Assembly: GCA_035556515.1 (NCBI GenBank)
Contig: DATMEO010000087.1
Coordinates: forward strand, 902-64,901
Source: Gaiellaceae bacterium
GTDB lineage: Bacteria > Actinomycetota > Thermoleophilia > Gaiellales > Gaiellaceae
Length of the DNA: 64,000 nt
Direction: 5' to 3'
This document shows positions 56,285-64,000 of the stretch, piece after piece; within the stretch, counting starts at the first letter, position 1; every line of letters begins with the position of its first letter. The position numbers were made by a program, and so were the translations under genes. A model generated the notes under the pieces. It saw only the letters and a list, made by a program, of their open reading frames with translations. It had not been told where the DNA came from and did no database searches.

Positions 56285-57736
56285 TCAGCCCTGAGGACGA
56301 ACCGGGCTCGTCCGGGCGGACGACGCCGGCGCCTGCGGCACGGCGGCTTCCAGCCGCCGCAGCGGCCGCGAGCCGATCGAGACGGCGATCGCGGCGGCGA
56401 CGAGCGCGGTGACGGCGCTGAGCGCGAAGGTGATCGTGAACGCCGACTCGGCCGGTACCGAGGAGTCGCCGATCGTGCGTGCCGTCAGCAGGGCGGCGCC
56501 GACCTGGCCGCCGACGACGCCGCCGATCATCCGGACGACGGTGTTCATTCCGCCCGCCACGCCCATCTCGCGTGGGTCGACGTTGTCGGCGATCAGCCCG
56601 GCCATCGCCGCGAACGCGGCCCCGACACCGAGGCCGAGCAGGGCGCTCGCAAGCAGGACCGGGCCAGGCTCGTCGTGCATGGCGGCGAACAGCAGTGCGG
56701 CGACGCTGACGACCAGCATCCCGATCGCCAGCGGCCACTTCGAGCCGTAGCGCCGCCCGAGCGCTCCCGCGAGCGGGCCGGCGACGAGCATCGCCAGCGA
56801 GCTCGGGAGCAGGTAGAGCCCCGCTTTCGTGGCGCTCGCGCTGAAGCCGTAGCCGTTGCTCGCGTCGGTTTCGACGAACGCCGGGACGAGGACGAAGCAG
56901 CTGAAGAGCGCGAACCCGGAGATCAGCGTGGCGATGTTGGTGAGCAGGATCGGGCGGTGCGCGAGCATGCGCAGGTCGACCATCGGCGAGCTCGAGCGCG
57001 ACTCGACGACACCCCAGAGGACGAACGAACCTGCCGCGAGCGCGAGCACGCCGAGCAGAAGCGGCGAGCCCCAGCCCCAGTGCTCGCCCTCGGTCAGCGC
57101 GAGCATCAGCGAGATCAGCCCGCTGGAGAGGAGCAGCGCGCCCGGCACGTCGACCCGGGACGGGGAGCGGATCGGCGACTCGGGCACGTAGCGGGCGACG
57201 AGCACGAGCGAGAGGGCGACAGGAATCGAGCCGAGCAGGAAGAGCAGCCGCCAGGAGAAGTTGTCGACGATCAGCCCCGAGAGCACGATCCCGAAGCCGC
57301 CGCCGACACCCCAGACGGCCGAGAGCAGGCCGATCCCGACCTTGACCTTGTCGGCCGGGAACTCGTCGCGGATGATCGCGAAGCTGAGCGGGAAGAGGGC
57401 GCCGCCCGCGCCGGAGACGATGCGGAAGGCGATCAGCGACCAGAGGTTCCAGGCGAAGGCGGCTCCGAGGCAGCCGGCGAGGAAGAGCCCGAGGCTGATC
57501 AGCAGCAGCCGCTCCTTGCCGAACTGGTCGCCGAGGCGGCCGAGGATCGGCGTCAGCACCGCGCCCGAGACGAGGAAGCCGGTCAGCACCCACGTCGTCC
57601 AGGCGGTGCTCGAGCCGAACTCCTCCTGAAACGTCCGCAGGGCGGGGAAGACCATCGTCTGCTGGAGCGAAAACGCGGCGCCCGCCAGCGTCAGGATCGC
57701 GAGCGTGACGTTGTGGTGCTGGCGCTCGTGATCCAT
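56285..57736 (-). CDS. MFS transporter, DHA2 (EmrB/QacA, 14-TM) type
   Basis: About 14 hydrophobic segments. Motif A-like GRLGDQFGKERLLL. Confidence 0.92.
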   Translation of the reverse strand: MDHERQHHNVTLAILTLAGAAFSLQQTMVFPALRTFQEEFGSSTAWTTWVLTGFLVSGAVLTPILGRLGDQFGKERLLLISLGLFLAGCLGAAFAWNLWSLIAFRIVSGAGGALFPLSFAIIRDEFPADKVKVGIGLLSAVWGVGGGFGIVLSGLIVDNFSWRLLFLLGSIPVALSLVLVARYVPESPIRSPSRVDVPGALLLSSGLISLMLALTEGEHWGWGSPLLLGVLALAAGSFVLWGVVESRSSSPMVDLRMLAHRPILLTNIATLISGFALFSCFVLVPAFVETDASNGYGFSASATKAGLYLLPSSLAMLVAGPLAGALGRRYGSKWPLAIGMLVVSVAALLFAAMHDEPGPVLLASALLGLGVGAAFAAMAGLIADNVDPREMGVAGGMNTVVRMIGGVVGGQVGAALLTARTIGDSSVPAESAFTITFALSAVTALVAAAIAVSIGSRPLRRLEAAVPQAPASSARTSPVRPQG

Positions 57737-57892
57737 CGCCCCACGCTAGCCGCTGCGTCCCGACCTCCGCGTGAGTGGACGGATTTCCACCCCTGAGGTG
57801 TGGTACGGTCGCGCCGGCTCCTGTCCGCCGGGGGGTGGCAGGGGACATTCGACCCCGGCGGCGCCGCGCGTCCGGGGAAAGGGAGGGGCCAG

Positions 57893-59992
57893 ATGAGAGA
57901 GAAGTCTCGACACCGGGGAGCCCGTCGCTTCGCCGTGCTCGTGCTCTTCGCCGTGACCGCCTCGATCGCCTCGTCGGCGAGCGCGGAGATCCCGCCGGAC
58001 GCCGCGAACCACCCGCTGCTCCAGCCGATCGACGCGCAGAACTGGGTCGATCAGGGGGAGCTGACATGGGACGCCTACACGCAGGCCCGGCCGGACTCCT
58101 GGAACGACACGACGGGCTCGGATGGCTCCGTCAGCCAGTACCGGACGGCCGTCATCCTGCTCGAGTTTCAGGACCAGCCGATGCTGATCACGCAGCCGGC
58201 CGGCGCGCATCCGTTCGGCAATCCGCAGTCGGGTTGGGAGCCGGTTCCGCGTGAGGACGTCGCGGATTGGTACTACGACTACTACGCCGTGCCGAACCAG
58301 TACAACGGCGGCCAGACGCTGCACGGGTACTGGATGGAGGACAGCCACGGCCAGATCGGCGTCGACGTCGAGGTGTTCGGGCCGTACACGCTGCCCGGCA
58401 AGCTGCACGAGTACGGCATCCCCGACGGAGGCTTCAACGCCCCACGCGAGGCGTACTGCCCGCAGGGAGACAGCTGCACCAAGAACTTGCGCACCGACGG
58501 AGGCGCGCTCTGGCGGGCCGACATCGGCTGCCCGTCGGGCCTCTGCGGTTTCGACAACGGCTTCTACGTCAGCGCCGGCCACGACGAGTCGTCGACGTGG
58601 CAGGAGTTCGGCGAGATGATGTTCCAGACGCGCGACGACATTCCGGACGCTTTCGGGCCGCCGCGCAATCCCGACGGGAGCGCGCCGCTGAACCAGCTCG
58701 GGCAGCCGATGCCGAACTGGGCGGACACCCGCTACGTCGACTGGACGTCGTGGAGGGCGGCCGCCAACCACTGGCCGAACGCCGGCGGCGGCACGTCGAC
58801 GCAGGCCGAGAGCTCGGGGCTCAGCGTCTTCGCCCACGAGTTCAGTCACCTCCGCGGCCTGCCTGACAACTACAACAACCCGTTCGCCGACAACGAGCGC
58901 AACTTCACCGGCTACTGGGAGATGATGAGCCGAGGCACGTTCAACGGCCCGGGCGGGACGCACAACCGCTGGCAGGTCCCGAACCAGGGCGGCTCCGGGC
59001 TCGGTCCGCACCACCTGCTCCATTTCAAGAACCAGCTCGGCGTACTCACGCCCGCCGACCAGGTCACGCTGCAGCGGGACACGCTGGCGGGCCAGGGAAT
59101 CGCGGTCGTCGACCTGAAAGCGCGCGAGTCCGTGCCCGACGGCGACCTCGTCGGCCTGACGGTCGGCCTCGGATCGGGTGATCTCGCCGGGACGTGCGCG
59201 AACCAGGGCTACACGGGCGCGGACGTCTTCTATTGCCCGAACCGCACGGGGCCGAACTACCTCCACTACCGGCTGGAGGTCGTCGACCGGGTCGGGAACG
59301 ACTCGTTCATCCCCGGGCACGGGGTGCTGCTCACGAAGAGCCGCAACAGCGGCACGCCGCGCGTCTGGATGATCGACCCGAATCCGCAGGACATCGGGAT
59401 GATCGACTTCTACCGGCCGGACGGAACGCCGGTTGCGGTCGTCCGCGGTGACCCGCGGCAGCTGAACGACGCCACGTTCCACGCGGGCACCCGCTCCGGG
59501 AGCGCCTACGAGTACGTGGACACGTTCAACAACCTGCACTTCTACGTGCTCGCAGCGCGCAGGAGCGCCGACGGCGTCCTCAACTACGACGTCGGCGTCC
59601 GCCGCGTCGGCCAGGGCGATCCGTTCGCACGGGGAACGGCGGTCGGGAACCCGGCGAAGAAGGGGCAGCGGCCGGGCTTCCTCGCGACCTGCACGTTCCC
59701 ACTCACGAACACCGGGACGGCCGGGACCGGCGTGTTCGACTCCGACATCTACCGGCTGTCGGCGAGCTCGAGCAGCCCCGACTGGAAGGTGACGCTGCCG
59801 AACGCGCTCGCGGCGGCGAAGGCCGGTGAGACCGTGAGTGTCCCCGTGCACGTGCTCCGGGACCCGCTCACGGACGATGGGGACGCGCGCACAACGGTGA
59901 CGCTCAGCGCGGCCTCCGAATCGGACGCGTCCAAGACCGCGACGCGGACGTGCAACGTGCACGTGCGCGACACGACGCCGGGCGCGAAGTAG
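57893..59992 (+). CDS. secreted M6 (immune inhibitor A-like) zinc metalloprotease
   Basis: RBS GGGAGGGG, ATG 57893, signal peptide FAVLVLFAVTASIASSASA. HExxH in VFAHEFSHLRGLPDNYN. The layout resembles InhA/M6 peptidases. Confidence 0.85.
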   Translation: MREKSRHRGARRFAVLVLFAVTASIASSASAEIPPDAANHPLLQPIDAQNWVDQGELTWDAYTQARPDSWNDTTGSDGSVSQYRTAVILLEFQDQPMLITQPAGAHPFGNPQSGWEPVPREDVADWYYDYYAVPNQYNGGQTLHGYWMEDSHGQIGVDVEVFGPYTLPGKLHEYGIPDGGFNAPREAYCPQGDSCTKNLRTDGGALWRADIGCPSGLCGFDNGFYVSAGHDESSTWQEFGEMMFQTRDDIPDAFGPPRNPDGSAPLNQLGQPMPNWADTRYVDWTSWRAAANHWPNAGGGTSTQAESSGLSVFAHEFSHLRGLPDNYNNPFADNERNFTGYWEMMSRGTFNGPGGTHNRWQVPNQGGSGLGPHHLLHFKNQLGVLTPADQVTLQRDTLAGQGIAVVDLKARESVPDGDLVGLTVGLGSGDLAGTCANQGYTGADVFYCPNRTGPNYLHYRLEVVDRVGNDSFIPGHGVLLTKSRNSGTPRVWMIDPNPQDIGMIDFYRPDGTPVAVVRGDPRQLNDATFHAGTRSGSAYEYVDTFNNLHFYVLAARRSADGVLNYDVGVRRVGQGDPFARGTAVGNPAKKGQRPGFLATCTFPLTNTGTAGTGVFDSDIYRLSASSSSPDWKVTLPNALAAAKAGETVSVPVHVLRDPLTDDGDARTTVTLSAASESDASKTATRTCNVHVRDTTPGAK

Positions 59993-60002
59993 ACCCATGG
60001 TG

Positions 60003-60037
60003 GGCGGGTGCGGGGCGCAAGCCTCGCCCCGCCCGCC
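60003..60037 (+). terminator. GC-rich hairpin after the M6 protease gene
   Basis: Stems GGCGGG..CGGGGCG, loop CAAGCCT, then CGCCCCG CCCGCC (13 bp with a 2-nt bulge). It starts 11 nt after TAG 59992 and is followed by a T-containing tail TCTACTCT. Confidence 0.5.
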
Positions 60038-60052
60038 TCTACTCTGCGGACG

Positions 60053-60598
60053 ATGAGACGCCTCGCATCGCTCGCCGCGCTGTTCGTGCTCGCCTCGTGC
60101 GGCGGCGGCGAGGAGACTGCCGGCGGCGCCGCCGACCTTCCGGGGCCCGTTCCCGACGGCGTCGAGTTCGTGACGCCTCCCGCTTCCGCGCTCGCGGCGC
60201 CGGATTTCTCGGCGGAGCTGATCGATGGGACGCCGGTGACCGCGAGCGACCTCTGGCGCGATAGGCCGGTCGTGCTCGTCTTCACGGCCAGCTACTGCGA
60301 CCGCTGCAAGGAGATCCACCGCACCGCGGCCGAGGCGGTGGACGCACACGACGGGGCGATCGGCCTGCTCGGCGTCGTCGGGGAGGACGATGTCGACGGC
60401 GGGCGCGACTACGCGGACGAGCTCGACCTCGGCCATCCGCTCGCCGTGGCCGGCGAGCGGGTCTGGCTCGACTATGCCGCGCGCGAGCCGGGCCTGGTGG
60501 TGCTCGTGGCCCGCCGGGGAAAGGTGCTGCGCGGCTGGCCCGGCGGCGCCTCGGCAGTGCAGCTCAGGGCGCGGCTCGACGAGCTCATCGCGCGGTGA
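60053..60598 (+). CDS. TlpA/redoxin-like thiol-disulfide oxidoreductase lipoprotein
   Basis: Lipobox LFVLASCGG. Thioredoxin-fold active site FTASYCDRC (CxxC). Confidence 0.8.
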   Translation: MRRLASLAALFVLASCGGGEETAGGAADLPGPVPDGVEFVTPPASALAAPDFSAELIDGTPVTASDLWRDRPVVLVFTASYCDRCKEIHRTAAEAVDAHDGAIGLLGVVGEDDVDGGRDYADELDLGHPLAVAGERVWLDYAAREPGLVVLVARRGKVLRGWPGGASAVQLRARLDELIAR

Positions 60599-61013
60599 AG
60601 CTCGGCGCGTGCTGTCTGCTCGCGCTCCTGCTCGCGGGCTGCTCGGCCGGCGGCGAGGACACGTCGACCGCACAGGTCCGGGTCGTGATCCCCGACAACA
60701 ACATCCGCGAGGAAGGCGTCGAGTGCGCCGGCGCGAGGCCGTTCCGTCAGATCCGTCGTGGGACCACGTTCACGGTCGAAGCGGCGGAGGGCGAGGTCGT
60801 CGCCGAGGGCGAGCTCCCGGCCGGGCGGGCGGAGAACGCCGACCCGAACATCGACTGGGGCGTCGAGCGGATCCCTACCGTCTGCGTGATGGAGCTCGAG
60901 CTCGACCTACCGGAGCGCCCGCGTTACCGCTTCGTCCTGCCCGACGCGGTTCCGCTCGAGTTCGACCGGGCACTGCTGGACGGGGACGAGCCCCTTGAGC
61001 TGGTGCTGAGCGG

Positions 61014-61017
<4 letters not shown>
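60595..61017 (+). CDS. hypothetical lipoprotein
   Basis: GTGA overlap with the redoxin gene. Lipobox LLLAGCSAG. No family recognised. Confidence 0.65.
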
Positions 61018-62684
<1,667 letters not shown>

Positions 62685-62715
62685 CGTCCGGGCACGATAG
62701 CCATAGGCTCCGCCC

Positions 62716-63165
62716 ATGCCCGGACACACCTTCGAGGACTTCCATCCCGGTCAGCTGCTCGAGCTCGGCAGCCGCACGATCACCGAGGAGGAGATCGTCG
62801 CGTTTGCGCGCCAGTTCGACCCGCAGCCGTTCCACGTCGACCCGGAGGCGGCTGCGGAATCGGTTTTCGGCGGCCTGATCGCGAGCGGCTGGCACACGGG
62901 CGCTCTGTGGATGCGCCTGTACGTCGACTCGATGCTCGGGAACGCGGACGCGCGCGGCTCCCCGGGGATCGAGGAGCTGCGATGGCTCGCGCCGGTCCGG
63001 CCAGGGGACACGCTCTCCGGCCGCCTGACCGTGCTCGAGACGACGCCCTCGGCGACCCGGCCCGACCGGGGCACTGTTCGCATCCGCGGCGAGATGGTGA
63101 ACCAGGACGGCGTCGCGGTGATGGTGCTGACGTCGCGGGGTCACTTCGGCCGGCGGCCGGCGTGA
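62716..63165 (+). CDS. MaoC-like (hotdog fold) dehydratase
   Basis: [17 protein letters not shown]...[10 protein letters not shown], typical of the MaoC dehydratase domain. Confidence 0.85.
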   Translation: MPGHTFEDFHPGQLLELGSRTITEEEIVAFARQFDPQPFHVDPEAAAESVFGGLIASGWHTGALWMRLYVDSMLGNADARGSPGIEELRWLAPVRPGDTLSGRLTVLETTPSATRPDRGTVRIRGEMVNQDGVAVMVLTSRGHFGRRPA

Positions 63166-63806
63166 CGGGCTGCTGCGCCCGCCATGGGCAGGAGGAGTTC
63201 TTCGGCGAGAAGACGGCGGCCCACGACGCGCGCAAGTACCGGCGCAAAGGCGCTGATCCGATGGCGCGATCGCTGGCGCGCCGGGCGGCGGCGAGCGGCG
63301 TGGAGGGCGCCAGCGTGCTCGAGATCGGCGGCGGGATCGGCCAGGTCGCGCTCGAACTGCTGAAGGCCGGAGCCGCGTCGGCCGAGGTGGTGGAGCTCCT
63401 GCCCGCCTACGAGCCGTTCGTGCGCGAGCTGGCGTCCGAGGCGGGCGTCGCCGAGCGGATGTCGTTCAGGACGGATGATCTCGTCGCCGATCCCGCGTCG
63501 GCGGCTCCGGTCGATCTCGTCGTCATGAACAAGGTTGTCTGCTGCACGCCCGACGGGATCGCCCTCGCCGGGATCGGAGCGTCCCTGGCCCGCAAGGCGC
63601 TCGTGCTCAGCTTCCCGCGCCAGGTCTGGTGGGCTCGGGCCGGCCTCGGGACGGTGAACCTCTACCTGCGGCTGCGCGGGCGCCGTTTCCGTGTCTTCGT
63701 CCATCCGCAGTCCGCGATCGAGGGTGCCGTCGAGGCCCACGGCTTCAGTCGCGCCTCGGAGCGGAACGGCCCGCTCTTCCGGATCGCCGCGTTCGAACGC
63801 ATCTAG
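63162..63806 (+). CDS. class I SAM-dependent methyltransferase
   Basis: GTGA overlap with the MaoC gene. Motif [16 protein letters not shown], post-I acidic [14 protein letters not shown]. Confidence 0.8.
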   Translation: MTGCCARHGQEEFFGEKTAAHDARKYRRKGADPMARSLARRAAASGVEGASVLEIGGGIGQVALELLKAGAASAEVVELLPAYEPFVRELASEAGVAERMSFRTDDLVADPASAAPVDLVVMNKVVCCTPDGIALAGIGASLARKALVLSFPRQVWWARAGLGTVNLYLRLRGRRFRVFVHPQSAIEGAVEAHGFSRASERNGPLFRIAAFERI

Positions 63807-63815
63807 GCTTCGGCG

Positions 63816-64000
63816 ATGAGCGAGCTCGGCCTCTTCCCACTCGGGATCGTGCTGCTGCCCACCGAGCAGATCCCGCTGCACATCTTCGAGGACCGCTACC
63901 AGGAGCTGATCGGCGAGTGCATGGAGGAGGAGCGCGAGTTCGGGCTCGTCTACGCCGACGAGGACGGGCTGCGCGAGATCGGCACGCGCGCTGGGGTCAC
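63816..64000 (+). CDS. LON N-terminal (substrate-binding) domain protein; 3' end lies outside the window
   Basis: ATG 63816. LGLFPLGIVLLPTEQIPLHIFEDRYQELIGECM matches the LON N-domain start pattern (compare the lon gene in this window: [19 protein letters not shown]). The frame is open to the window end. Confidence 0.7.
   Translation, partial: MSELGLFPLGIVLLPTEQIPLHIFEDRYQELIGECMEEEREFGLVYADEDGLREIGTRAGV

Noticed and set aside
57746-60673. 975-aa minus-strand ORF (the longest in the window)
   Set aside because: It is antisense to the M6 metalloprotease, redoxin and lipoprotein genes, which have signal peptides and catalytic motifs. The product has Arg/Pro/Val low complexity.

Overview
This is a 64 kb, very GC-rich segment (by eye about 70% or more, with strong G/C at codon position 3). 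I call about 68 CDS plus one tRNA-Lys(CTT). The style fits an Actinomycetota chromosome, perhaps Thermoleophilia or Rubrobacteria; that placement is a guess. Many neighbouring genes are joined by 4-nt ATGA/GTGA/TTGA overlaps. Content is mostly core metabolism:
- Metal and stress: a Fur-family (probably Zur) / ZIP / M23 peptidase zinc locus, and hsp20-lon.
- Cell envelope: dTDP-rhamnose genes (rmlA-like, rmlC, rmlD, rmlB) and a WbpA/WbpB/WbpD-like UDP-sugar trio.
- Signalling and proteolysis: a Ser/Thr kinase next to SpoIID-like and S8 protease genes, a large cytoplasmic PAS/GAF histidine kinase, and a vapBC pair.
- Respiration and export: a caa3-type cytochrome oxidase operon (ctaC, ctaD, ctaE) and a tatA-tatC-amidohydrolase-TPR-STAS-cytochrome c string.
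- Other: sufC-sufB-sufD, a NitT/TauT-type ABC transporter plus P450, ettA, and a cyclooxygenase/alpha-dioxygenase-like heme peroxidase operon.

I saw no CRISPR array, integrase, transposase or prophage. The only defence-like module is vapBC.

The observations most worth follow-up are:
1. An uncharacterised roughly 140-aa domain present three times in two genes that are translationally interleaved into the oxidase operon.
2. An operon coupling YceH/DUF480, a CbbX/SpoVK-like AAA+ ATPase, a fatty-acid-dioxygenase-like heme peroxidase and an MBL hydrolase.
3. Three tandem VOC/glyoxalase paralogs inserted between sufB and sufD.
4. A dispersed bipartite hairpin repeat (three full copies) that shows compensatory base changes.
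5. A 19-bp inverted repeat with adjacent tandem repeats downstream of the oxidase operon.

All family calls come from motif recognition by eye; no database search was run. Start codons are often ambiguous in this GC range.
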